A DNA stretch of 64,000 bases. Origin: a plasmid. A program made the translations under genes and the position numbers. The DNA lies in NCBI RefSeq assembly GCF_988243305.1, contig NZ_OZ547137.1, one strand, 5' to 3'. How positions within the stretch are numbered: the stretch's first letter is position 1; the number at the start of each line of letters is the position of its first letter. Under the pieces are notes generated by a model. The model made no database searches. It saw only the letters and a list, made by a program, of their open reading frames with translations, and was not told where the DNA came from. Positions 42,316-52,768 of this stretch are shown in pieces.

Positions 42316-42452
42316 TAATCAATAAGTTATTACTTATGAAATCACACTTGTGAATTCATACTGTTTAAGCACCCTTGCATACAAGAGATCACATATTGCA
42401 GTGGTCTCTTTTTTTACAGAATAAATCACAATTCATAATTATGATTTATGAA

Positions 42453-43262
42453 TTATGCGTGTCTGTTTTTCAGCATTGTGACCGCATCGGACTCAGGCAT
42501 CGAAAACTGCACCCGGTGCCGTGCAGCCACATCCAGCGCAAACACCTTCGTGTAGACCTCCGTTGAGCTGATGGACTTATGCCCCATTAGGCTCTGCAGG
42601 ACCTTCAGTGGTATACCGGCATACAGCATGTGCATCGCATAGGAATGGCGGAACGTATGTGGCGTGACCGGGACAGAGAACGTCACACCGTCAGTAGCAG
42701 CGGCGGCAACCGCCTCCCCAATCCAGGTCCTGACCGTTCTGTCCGTCACTTCCCAGATCCGCGCTTTCTCTGTCCTGCCTGTTCGTTTATTACGCCGTTC
42801 CAGAGGAACTTTCAGTGTTGCCACCATCGTCTGCAGCTGACTGACGTACCAGGAGTCGGAGAGCGGAACCAGCCGGTGAGTCTGCTGTCCGGCAGGCGTT
42901 CTTCCTGCCGTCCTGGCGGCTTTTTCGGTCCGCTGCTTCAGAGTGGCCAGCTGCACAAACGGATACGGAGGCGCGAGCGAAAAATCCCCCCGCGTCAGCG
43001 CCAGTGCTTCATTAATGCGCGCACCGGTGTTCCACAGTGTAGCCAGCAGCATCTTGCGGCGCAGATCCGGGACGTAATGGAGCAGGGCACTCACTTCCGG
43101 AGCCAGCAGATATTTCGGCAGTTCATCATGAACCATCGACATCTGGCGAAGTGCCAGAGCTGCCGGATAATCAATGACAACAGGAAGTTGTGGAGACTGT
43201 CCGGCAGAATAAACTGCCGGTACCCTGGCTGCAGACTGGCTGTGTATAACGGAGCCTGACAT
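42453..43262 (-). CDS. resD: tyrosine site-specific recombinase (ResD-like multimer resolvase)
   Basis: C-terminal catalytic motifs (HTFRHSYAMHMLYAG...STEVYTKV); immediately downstream of ccdB as in F-like plasmids. Confidence 0.85.
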   Translation of the reverse strand: MSGSVIHSQSAARVPAVYSAGQSPQLPVVIDYPAALALRQMSMVHDELPKYLLAPEVSALLHYVPDLRRKMLLATLWNTGARINEALALTRGDFSLAPPYPFVQLATLKQRTEKAARTAGRTPAGQQTHRLVPLSDSWYVSQLQTMVATLKVPLERRNKRTGRTEKARIWEVTDRTVRTWIGEAVAAAATDGVTFSVPVTPHTFRHSYAMHMLYAGIPLKVLQSLMGHKSISSTEVYTKVFALDVAARHRVQFSMPESDAVTMLKNRHA

Positions 43263-43788
<526 letters not shown>

Positions 43789-44453
43789 AGCACACCTCTT
43801 TTTGACATACTTCTGGTATGCATATCAGTATATATTCTTATGCCGCAAAAATCAGCGCGTTAATACACATACTGTTATCTGGCTTTTAGTAAGCCTTATT
43901 TATTTTTCCTTGAATTATGTTAACCAATAAAAATTAAAATCAGACTTATAAAAACAAAGCTTAATTATCGAAGGACCATTTCCGGCAGATCCGATTTTTC
44001 TGTTATTGACGGGTTTCCGGAAGTGTACCACACTGAGGAAATCATCATATCGCTGTTTTCCGCCCCTGCGCGACGCATCACAGGTCAGGGAGATGACACA
44101 ATATATAGTGTCATCAGCAGCTGAATCCGGCACCACATGTTGTGCTTACAGGAGATGGCGTTGTGTGGGGGGAGAGGAAGATCCTGAACTTACTTTTTTC
44201 GGATCTCTGGAAAAGAAAGGAGTGAGGGATAAAAACTGACATTATTAAAAATATAAAAGCAATGCTTAAAAAGCATAAAAGCAATTTTTGTAATTACTAC
44301 TAGTACTACAAGAAGAATCTATAGTTTGAGGCGGCGTTCATGGCGGTGATCGAGCCGGACACGATTCCGGCATTAGCTGAGCTACTCACACTGAACGGGG
44401 ATCTCTTACGCGTAGACCGGCTGCCGTTCTTCTCAGAGAAGCGGTAGCCGTGG

Positions 44454-46262
44454 CTAAAGCATTAGATCTTCAAAATTCAGCGTATGGCTGTGCGGCTTTT
44501 TGCGGAAAGACAGCTCGTTTATACGAAGCTTAAGTGGCATAGGGCAGATCACGCCACTGAATATGCAGGTGCCGGTTGCAAGCGTTGGAATAGATTCTTC
44601 AGTCATGCGGTCTATATAGGAAACGGATTTTTCAATAGCATACAGATCGTTCTGATTTATCAACCGGTGAATGAAATAGTTATGTGCCTGAGAAATGATA
44701 GTCGGGGAGATATCGTTTGGTCGCTGACTGGATATCGTCACAAAGACGCCAAATTTTCTGCCCTCCTTAATTATCTCTTCAAACGTTTCGAGCCGATAAT
44801 CCTTCCAGCTTTCTGATTCCCTGAACGAGGTGTTCGAAAGGATATTGTGTGCTTCGTCTATGATGAGATGGAGAGTGGACGGTACCTTATCCATTTTTTT
44901 TGCTGAATAGGCCCATTTGGCCATTAAAAGTGGTAGCGTTTTTTTCATGGTCAGATTGACCATATTAAGGTTCAGGACAACAAAGTTCGTTTCTGCCCAG
45001 ATGGTTCCGCCGGACGCAGTATTGAAAATTTTACGAGTATCTTTTTTCAGTCCGCTCATTCGATTGATGACAGGAGAAAGATGTTCAGGATTTGAGCGAC
45101 TTGAAAGATATTCAATAATTAGCTGAACATACATATAGTCCAGCAACTCTTCCATTATATCGTCGGGAAATTCATAATTCTGAGCCATCTGGTACATATT
45201 GCACTGATGAGTATTTTCTTCATTAGAAAAGTAAACGCCTGTCTTGGTTCGCCATACGCCGCCGTTGTTATAAAAAAATTCAATATCTGCTATCAGATCT
45301 TCGTCCTTCAGTACAGGACGGAATAAATCAATCAGGTCGTCACTTTTTTTCTTTTCGCAACCAAACAGAGTTTCGGTGACCCGCCGTTTCAGAATTTCAC
45401 GAAAATATGACTGAGGGTTCAGCTTCGACTCCACTCGCTTTTTGAATTCAAGCACTCGCTTCAGAAAAGGTTTCTGCGTTTTGTCGGTGGCATCCGTCAG
45501 GACAGAGATAATCTCATGCTCAAGCAGTATCTCAGCAGGCATCGGAATGCGATCACCCTCTTCATCATGCGTGCTAAGATTATAAACAACCTTGTCGCGC
45601 GTAATGCAGCTTCTCCCACCATATTCACCATTGAAATCAAATAAAAGAAACCGTGACCGACTTCTGAATCCTTCGCCTAGTAGGTTTTTCAGGGCCTCAT
45701 AGCCATGCTGATAAAGCGCGGCCAGAGTATTGGACTTGCCGCTGCCAGTATTACCGAAGATGGCGATGTGTGAGTTGAGAAGGCCGCTTATCGGGAGAGT
45801 GATATCAATATCTTCGAGATCGGTGCGCGAAAAATTCAGCCCGGACTCGCCCGCTGGCGCGATCGAGTGGATAAGATGAAGTTGTTCCTCAGACATCAGA
45901 AAAACTTCATTGCCGATAAGGGGCAACTCGCGAGTTCCACCAGTAAAGCGCCCGTTCCGGTCAATATAGCCTGCCAGTGAGGCTGTAAGATAGCGGCGGA
46001 AGCGAAGCGAATCGCTTCCGCTACCAACAGGTGATTTTTCCTCGACAATCTTCTCGGTTTCTACCTTTGCAATCAGACTCATGAATCCTTTTTTGACTTC
46101 GATGAAACTACCTACTGAAACATTTTTGAGCACCTTACCGTGATAAAAAAGATCACTCAGATTTTTATTTTTATCGACAAGCACACTGAGTGTTCTGCCC
46201 GATACTTCACGAACCTCACCGATCCTTAATACTGCTTCTTCGTTAACAAAAGCGGAGGTCAT
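44454..46262 (-). CDS. herA: HerA-like (FtsK/HerA superfamily) ATPase, partner of the SIR2 gene
   Basis: 602 aa; Walker A GNTGSGKSN and Walker B LIIDEAHN; start overlaps the upstream SIR2 stop (ATGA). Confidence 0.75.
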   Translation of the reverse strand: MTSAFVNEEAVLRIGEVREVSGRTLSVLVDKNKNLSDLFYHGKVLKNVSVGSFIEVKKGFMSLIAKVETEKIVEEKSPVGSGSDSLRFRRYLTASLAGYIDRNGRFTGGTRELPLIGNEVFLMSEEQLHLIHSIAPAGESGLNFSRTDLEDIDITLPISGLLNSHIAIFGNTGSGKSNTLAALYQHGYEALKNLLGEGFRSRSRFLLFDFNGEYGGRSCITRDKVVYNLSTHDEEGDRIPMPAEILLEHEIISVLTDATDKTQKPFLKRVLEFKKRVESKLNPQSYFREILKRRVTETLFGCEKKKSDDLIDLFRPVLKDEDLIADIEFFYNNGGVWRTKTGVYFSNEENTHQCNMYQMAQNYEFPDDIMEELLDYMYVQLIIEYLSSRSNPEHLSPVINRMSGLKKDTRKIFNTASGGTIWAETNFVVLNLNMVNLTMKKTLPLLMAKWAYSAKKMDKVPSTLHLIIDEAHNILSNTSFRESESWKDYRLETFEEIIKEGRKFGVFVTISSQRPNDISPTIISQAHNYFIHRLINQNDLYAIEKSVSYIDRMTEESIPTLATGTCIFSGVICPMPLKLRINELSFRKKPHSHTLNFEDLML

Positions 46263-46905
46263 TTCATACCTCCAAGAAAGCTGGTTATAATTTCATTCAT
46301 CTTTTTGAAGTCCAATGGGGCTCCAGGAGTAAAAACCACATCAACATTGGAATAATCACGGAATTTATCAAGGAATAGGTCTTTAGCCGCCTCATTGTAA
46401 GCGAATATAACAATTTTGAGCGTGGCGTTTCGCAGTGCTTTCTTGGTAAGAGTTTCAATATGCTCATCCGCAAAAGAAAATCCGAAAACTATAAGCAAAG
46501 AGCCTTCTTTATCCAGCTCATTTGAATAAGTCCGTAGCAGGTCGTAATACACGTTTTCAAGTAAGGTTTCACGAAATTTATCCTTTCGCGGCAGAACCAG
46601 TTGATGTGACATAACCCAGTCCTGCTTCTCCTTTGGTGTATTGAACGCAACTGGCTTCATATCCTTAATGGAATAATAGATTTCCTTATCATAGCTATGC
46701 CAAGAAAGGGAACCATGCAGCTTGATGAGATTCACCGTAGGTAGTTCCACGCTGTAATTATAAAGGTTCCCGGTTGCGTGTATGGTCTGATAAAAACATT
46801 TGGTATCGAATACTGTCCGGTTGTAAATATCGGCGCGCTGACGGAATCCTGATCTTACCCAGCAATAGTGGACACGCGGCTAAGTGAGTAAACTCTCAGT
46901 CAGAG

Positions 46906-47214
46906 GTGACTCACATGACAAAAACAGTATCAACCAGTAAAAAACCCCGTAAACAGCATTCGCCTGAATTTCGCAGTGAAGCCCTGAAGCTTGCTGAACG
47001 CATCGGTGTTACTGCCGCAGCCCGTGAACTCAGCCTGTATGAATCACAGCTCTACAACTGGCGCAGTAAACAGCAAAATCAGCAGACGTCTTCTGAACGT
47101 GAACTGGAGATGTCTACCGAGATTGCACGTCTCAAACGCCAGCTGGCAGAACGGGATGAAGAGCTGGCTATCCTCCAAAAGGCCGCGACATACTTCGCGA
47201 AGCGCCTGAAATGA
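46906..47214 (+). CDS. insE: IS3 OrfA
   Basis: Identical protein to 7625..7933. Confidence 0.95.
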
Positions 47215-48077
47215 AGTATGTCTTTATTGAAAAACATCAGGCTGAGTTCAGCATCAAAGCAATGTGCCGCGTGCTCCGGGTGGCCCGCAGCGGCTGGTAT
47301 ACGTGGTGTCAGCGGCGGACAAGGATAAGCACGCGTCAGCAGTTCCGCCAACACTGCGACAGCGTTGTCCTCGCGGCTTTTACCCGGTCAAAACAGCGTT
47401 ACGGTGCCCCACGCCTGACGGATGAACTGCGTGCTCAGGGTTACCCCTTTAACGTAAAAACCGTGGCGGCAAGCCTGCGCCGTCAGGGACTGAGGGCAAA
47501 GGCCTCCCGGAAGTTCAGCCCGGTCAGCTACCGCGCACACGGCCTGCCTGTGTCAGAAAATCTGTTGGAGCAGGATTTTTACGCCAGTGGCCCGAACCAG
47601 AAGTGGGCAGGAGACATCACGTACTTACGTACAGATGAAGGCTGGCTGTATCTGGCAGTGGTCATTGACCTGTGGTCACGTGCCGTTATTGGCTGGTCAA
47701 TGTCGCCACGCATGACGGCGCAACTGGCCTGCGATGCCCTGCAGATGGCGCTGTGGCGGCGTAAGAGGCCCCGGAACGTTATCGTTCACACGGACCGTGG
47801 AGGCCAGTACTGTTCAGCAGATTATCAGGCGCAACTGAAGCGGCATAATCTGCGTGGAAGTATGAGCGCAAAAGGTTGCTGCTACGATAATGCCTGCGTG
47901 GAAAGCTTCTTTCATTCGCTGAAAGTGGAATGTATCCATGGAGAACACTTTATCAGCCGGGAAATAATGCGGGCAACGGTGTTTAATTATATCGAATGTG
48001 ATTACAATCGGTGGCGGCGGCACAGTTGGTGTGGCGGCCTCAGTCCGGAACAATTTGAAAACAAGAACCTCGCTTAG
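47211..48077 (+). CDS. insF: IS3 OrfB
   Basis: Identical protein to 7930..8796. Confidence 0.95.
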
Positions 48078-48734
48078 GCCTGTGTCCATATTACGTGGGT
48101 AGGATCATCCATCATTCAGAATGACGTTGTTATTTTTAACCGCTGCATCCTCAATGAACAAATCATAGTTAGTCGTAAAGAGGTTGATACGCCGCGGTAG
48201 CAATCCAGTCCGCCGCCTCGTCAGAAGCATTTCTAATGCACGCATGAGCTTCGCGTAGTTGTTTTGTGTCGATACGACATCATCTATTAAAGTAGGAAGG
48301 ATTACCTCTGCGGGCAAGCTTCGCTTCAGGAGGACGTTGTTTGCCTTCCATACATTGTCCAGAAAAGACTCAGATTTACTGAAGTATTCATCATCCTTTC
48401 CGGCGCGGACCAGAGCCTCAAGCTCGCTTTCAATATCACCTAACACGCTGATTGCAGGCAGCGATGCTCCTGAGCCAATGATGAAATTGATGTTTGCTGA
48501 TTGAAATATGCGCTCAAAATATTCACGATCTCTGTCCTGCCCGTAGTAAGCCCGATAAGTCGCCACGCTGTGCCTTTCCTTAAATATCGTAGATAAGATG
48601 TATCTTACATGTTTCAACAAGTGATGCATCCTGTTTAAATTTCATTCTCTGACTCATATACAAACGCAGCTAAACGAATCAGGTAGGTAGTTTCATTGCT
48701 TCCGGCTTCACCAGAAACCGGATCTGACCTAGAA

Positions 48735-48818
48735 AAGAGAAAGAGTGTATGTAAGTTCTGTACTGTATGTATGGTATGTATGAATTGTATTGTATGTATT
48801 ATTTGTATTGTATGTATT
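48735..48818. repeat. degenerate TGTATG / TTGTATG tandem repeat array in a divergent intergenic region
   Basis: gtgtatgtaagttctgtactgtatgtatggtatgtatgaattgtattgtatgtattatttgtattgtatgtattgtgtat, between the SIR2 start and the KfrA-like gene. Confidence 0.8.
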
Positions 48819-48877
48819 GTGTATTTTTCATACCGGGCGTACGATGGCGCCATTCCCTGAGAAACCGGAGCCAGACC

Positions 48878-49489
48878 ATGACATCCCTCTCCCCGGACAC
48901 CGTCCGCCGCATTGAAGACGCCGCCGCCGCCCTGATCGCCGCCGGCACCCCGAACCCGACCAACGAGCAGGTCCGTCAGCACCTCGGCGGCGGCTCGCTG
49001 TCCCACATCTCCCCGGTGATGCGCGCGTTCCGCGCCCGCCAGCGCGAGCAGGCCACTGAGCAGGCCACGCCCCTGCCGCCGGAGCTGGCGCAGCTGCTGA
49101 CCGGCCAGCTGGGGCTGCTGTGGCAGGCGGCCGTGAAACAGGCTGAAGCCGGGGCCCTGGCGGCGCGCGAGCAGGCCGACGACGACATTGCCCGGGCCGA
49201 CAAGGAGCGGGATGAGGCGCTGGCGAACGTGGCCGCGCTGGAAAGCGAGCTGGCGGTGCTGCGCGAGGTGGTGGCCGAACGTGACCGCCTGCTGCAGGAG
49301 GTACGCGAGCTGCGCGCGGAAGCGCTGCCGCTGCGCGAGCAGGTGGCCCGCCTGACCGCCACCGGCGAACACCTGGCGGCGCAGCTGCAGGACACGAAGG
49401 CGGAGCTGAAGGAAGCCCGGGAGGACGGCCGCCAGCTTCAGACCGAACTGCTGGCTCTGGCCCGCCAGGACGGGAAGGTGAAGAAATGA
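48878..49489 (+). CDS. KfrA-like DNA-binding protein (N-terminal HTH, long Ala/Arg/Glu-rich coiled coil)
   Basis: MTSLSPDTVRRIEDAAAALIAAG...GGGSLSHISPVMRAFRARQ resembles the KfrA N-terminal domain; ~70% GC; start at ATG 48878 with upstream GGAG. Confidence 0.65.
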   Translation: MTSLSPDTVRRIEDAAAALIAAGTPNPTNEQVRQHLGGGSLSHISPVMRAFRARQREQATEQATPLPPELAQLLTGQLGLLWQAAVKQAEAGALAAREQADDDIARADKERDEALANVAALESELAVLREVVAERDRLLQEVRELRAEALPLREQVARLTATGEHLAAQLQDTKAELKEAREDGRQLQTELLALARQDGKVKK

Positions 49490-50106
49490 GACAGGAAAGA
49501 GTATTACGTATAAAGGCATTTCGACGGGCACTGGAGCTTGGTGGCGGTGAACGGGCTGACGGGTGTCGTCATTTTCCCCGCTGGAAAACGGAACTGAGGA
49601 ATTTCCCGCACGGCAGCTGCGATTTAGCCAGCAATACTCTGGCGTACTACCTCAAGGAACGAGAGAGATGCCATCCGTGCATCATTTTTATGGAAGGGAA
49701 CGCTGGCTTTCATGAAGCGGAAAACTCAACAGTTCACGGGCATGTCATCGTATTGCTGGACGGAGAGTACATCGATTTGACGCTGGATCAATTCGACGAA
49801 TATCCGGACTACATTCCTTACGAACCAGTCGAATCTGACGGGCAGATTGGTAAGCTGTTGCGTAATATCATGAAGCATGAGGACCAGGTAAAAACCCGCC
49901 AGATTGATCTCGATGGTGGCGAAGAGCTGTATGCCTGGTTACGCGATACCGCCGACGAAGTGCTGGCAGCAGATCCGGAATGGCAGGCCCGGGAACGGTC
50001 GATAGAAGAAGCAAGGGAAGCCGCTATTACGGTGTTCCCGTTTCTGTCTGACGTGCAAAAAACTGAGTGCGAACAGGGCCCGGACAGTCAGGAGGCTGCC
50101 AGATGA
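49486..50106 (+). CDS. hypothetical protein (206 aa), translationally coupled
   Basis: ATGA overlap with the KfrA-like stop; no family recognised (possible Cys/His catalytic-like core SCDLAS...HGHVIVLLDGEYIDL). Confidence 0.5.
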   Translation: MRQERVLRIKAFRRALELGGGERADGCRHFPRWKTELRNFPHGSCDLASNTLAYYLKERERCHPCIIFMEGNAGFHEAENSTVHGHVIVLLDGEYIDLTLDQFDEYPDYIPYEPVESDGQIGKLLRNIMKHEDQVKTRQIDLDGGEELYAWLRDTADEVLAADPEWQARERSIEEAREAAITVFPFLSDVQKTECEQGPDSQEAAR

Positions 50107-50891
50107 AGATTTATCATTACACTGACCTGAACGGCCTGAAGGGCATCATCGAATCAGGCTCACTGTGGGCGACGCACTTTTCCTTTCTCAATGACAGTAA
50201 TGAGCTGACTCACGGCATGAACTGCCTTGAGAATGCCCTGCAGTACCTGAGGGACGACTTTAACCCGAAAACCCTTAAGTTCATCGAACAGGCACTGACG
50301 CACTTCAGAATGCACCGGGCAGCTCACGTCTATAACCTTTCGTTCTGTCTCGAACCCGACCTGTTAAGCCAGTGGCGGGGTTATGGGAGCTCTCAGGGCG
50401 TGTGCCTGGAATTTGATGATGAAGAGCTGCTTGCCTCGCTGGAATTAACTCATTATCAGGTGTTTAAAAACCGGGTACTCTATACCAAAGAGGATTCCAC
50501 GGTTGAAGCCCGGAACGAAATCCTCGCCTTCTTTCGTCAGCCACATGTTCAGGCGGCAATAAATGCAGATGTAATGCATGAGATGATTCAGGCAACCAGA
50601 CTGGCACACAGCCTGCCGCCTTTTTTCAAGAATGACGGTTTCCAAGAGGAGCAGGAGTTCAGGATGGTAATCCTTCCGGAAAGCCCTTTTGAGGGTGTCA
50701 ATTTTCGTGTCAATGACAGCGGTCTGGTACCATATCTGATCATTAAAGCAAAAGACAAGCTGCCACTGACAAACGTCAGAATTGGTCCCCGCAGTAACAG
50801 AGCAATGATGATGGACGGGATTTCATTCCTGTTGCAGAGCAGGGGGTATACCAGTACACGGATTTCGTTTACTGAGACGCCGTTCCGGTAA
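50103..50891 (+). CDS. DUF2971-like protein (262 aa)
   Basis: N-terminus MKIYHYTDLNGLKGIIESGSLWATHFSFLNDSNE resembles the DUF2971 signature; ATGA overlap with the upstream ORF. Confidence 0.55.
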   Translation: MKIYHYTDLNGLKGIIESGSLWATHFSFLNDSNELTHGMNCLENALQYLRDDFNPKTLKFIEQALTHFRMHRAAHVYNLSFCLEPDLLSQWRGYGSSQGVCLEFDDEELLASLELTHYQVFKNRVLYTKEDSTVEARNEILAFFRQPHVQAAINADVMHEMIQATRLAHSLPPFFKNDGFQEEQEFRMVILPESPFEGVNFRVNDSGLVPYLIIKAKDKLPLTNVRIGPRSNRAMMMDGISFLLQSRGYTSTRISFTETPFR

Positions 50892-50926
50892 ATTCAGTTA
50901 AGAAGCACAAACTTCTAGGGATCAGT

Positions 50927-51667
50927 ATGTTGAATAAAGTTTCACAAATTAATTTGGCCAAAATACTGGCTGAAAAATTTAACGAAGGTGACTGGCAGGA
51001 GCTGTTTGCTGTTACAGATTGTGAAGACGTTCCGGAAGGACTAAATCAATTCTACCGGCATGTTCACTGGGACAACCCTGAGCTGAAAGGGGTGGCCATC
51101 GCTGCCATAGAAAGCACTCTGGCCAGGGACGCTGATAATCTTTCTAAGATCTGGGCGCTGGATAATGTTCAACGCTTTATCAGCATTGCCAATACTGAGT
51201 TATTCAATGAAATAAAGAACATTGTGAATCAGAACGGGCAAAGAAATGTTTCGGCAGCACCAGTGAAAAATGTAAATGAAAACATTTACCAGGCCTTAGA
51301 AGATGCGGAAGTGTTGCTTAAAAATAATGGGCCACACCGGGCATATGATCGTGTTCATACAGCTCTTCATGCTTCATTAAGACAAATGTGTGCCAACCAT
51401 GGAATTGCGACCAATAGTACAAATGATAATGTTCCAGGCTTGCTTTCTCTGATAACTGCACATCTCAAAGACCTGCCTGATGATGGAAGAAATGAAGATG
51501 TGTTTAAAATGTTGAGATCATCTGCCGCAATACTTCATGGGATCAATAACCTGCGTAACAATTACAGCATGGCCCATCCTACTGAAACTTTGCTGAATGA
51601 AGCCGATGCCCGTTTTGCCATAAATCTGGTTCGTTCCATCATGACTTATGTTGATGAGTTGCTTTAG
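50927..51667 (+). CDS. hypothetical protein (246 aa), possible Abi_C-like C-terminal domain
   Basis: C-terminal HGINNLRNNYSMAHP region is loosely reminiscent of abortive-infection C-terminal domains; inference only. Confidence 0.45.
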   Translation: MLNKVSQINLAKILAEKFNEGDWQELFAVTDCEDVPEGLNQFYRHVHWDNPELKGVAIAAIESTLARDADNLSKIWALDNVQRFISIANTELFNEIKNIVNQNGQRNVSAAPVKNVNENIYQALEDAEVLLKNNGPHRAYDRVHTALHASLRQMCANHGIATNSTNDNVPGLLSLITAHLKDLPDDGRNEDVFKMLRSSAAILHGINNLRNNYSMAHPTETLLNEADARFAINLVRSIMTYVDELL

Positions 51668-51955
51668 TTTTAATAAAAATATGAGACTCACAGCGAACAG
51701 ATAGAACTTCAACGAAGAAGTGAAGTACGGCCAGAATTTCGAGCTCTGGCCCTCCGGAAGATGCCGGACAGACGCATCATCCCGTCGCGGCCGCTTCCAT
51801 TTTTGTGTGTACTCAACCTGCCGGATCAGGATGGCGGCAGGATTTGCACCCGATGTTCCAGCCGCCTTGCCTCTTCCTGATCCCGGTATTCCCTCGCCTT
51901 TTTCATCATTTCTGCCGTTGGCTCCTGCAGTTTGTCGAGAAACTCCTTAGATCGT

Positions 51956-52768
51956 TTAGCCACCGACTGAAGGGAGACACTGTCCGTCCTGCCGGTATTG
52001 CGATTGGTGTAAACCAGGCGGGTAAGGGGGTCTGGTTAACTCCTTCCCTTCCATAAAGCGTTTGAAGATCCAGAGATATATATCAACCAGCTCCAGCCCT
52101 GCACTTTTTGTACCCGACTGGAAAACCAGCGGTTCAGCCGGCATGTTCGTCACATCCATGACCGGTAAACCGGGACCGTGTACCCACGGCATCTCACGTA
52201 TCTGGTAATAGAACTCCCTCAGCTCCCGCTGGGTGGTGTTGAACTGTGACTGCTGGTCCACAACGATGTCGGCTTTGCGATTTGGTGCTCCCAGGCGGGA
52301 ACAGATACCGCGCAATACGAACTGAAATCCAACCATATTGGGCATGATCTGCAGCTTTTGTTTACCGGTTTTGCAGTTATATCCCAGTTCGTCAAAGTGG
52401 GTCATCGCCCAGGACAACGCATCGGTAATCAATTCAATGTAACGGCGGTCCCCCAGGGTATGAACGCGCGCAAGCAGCTCACTGCAGACCTCACTGAACA
52501 GAGATGAGGACCTTCCATCATGGGCTTCGAGGCGGGCACGCCACGCTTTTTCAGCCAGTTCATTATCGAACAGGCTTGCCAGATTCAGTAGCAGCGGGTA
52601 ACGAAAGGGGGTCCAGTAGGCAACCCTGGGCACTGCAGGATTCATCCCCTGATCGAAGAACGAAATAATGGCGTGATCCCGTTTAACGACCAGCCAGACA
52701 TCAAACCGTATCCGGTGCTTCTTCTGCAGGACAAGCAGCGTATCAACCACCTCATCAAGGCGGTGCAT
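51956..52768 (-). CDS. hypothetical protein (270 aa), N-terminus uncertain
   Basis: Long ORF with a 66-aa overlapping ORF upstream in another frame (52755..52955); C-terminal LELVDIYLWIFKRF is loosely DUF3800-like. Confidence 0.4.
   Translation of the reverse strand: MHRLDEVVDTLLVLQKKHRIRFDVWLVVKRDHAIISFFDQGMNPAVPRVAYWTPFRYPLLLNLASLFDNELAEKAWRARLEAHDGRSSSLFSEVCSELLARVHTLGDRRYIELITDALSWAMTHFDELGYNCKTGKQKLQIMPNMVGFQFVLRGICSRLGAPNRKADIVVDQQSQFNTTQRELREFYYQIREMPWVHGPGLPVMDVTNMPAEPLVFQSGTKSAGLELVDIYLWIFKRFMEGKELTRPPYPPGLHQSQYRQDGQCLPSVGG

Larger units (their letters stand above)
46850..48107 (+). mobile_element. IS3, complete copy 3 (1258 bp), 3-bp direct repeat TCC, inserted in the SIR2 gene
   Basis: Identical ends and ORFs to copies 1 and 2; tcc at 46847-46849 and 48108-48110. 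Confidence 0.95.
46259..48629 (-). pseudogene. SIR2-like NADase-domain protein split by an IS3 insertion
   Basis: N-terminal piece (48105..48629) has IIGSGASLP and FTTNYD; C-terminal piece (46259..46849) has KLHGSLSW. The frame is continuous across the junction once IS3 and one TSD copy are removed. Confidence 0.75.

Noticed and set aside
48635-49531. Minus-strand ORFs 48635..49531 (298 aa) and 48976..49395 opposite the KfrA-like gene
   Set aside because: Long stop-free antisense frames are expected by chance in ~70% GC DNA; the plus-strand frame has an RBS, an HTH N-terminus and coupling to downstream genes.
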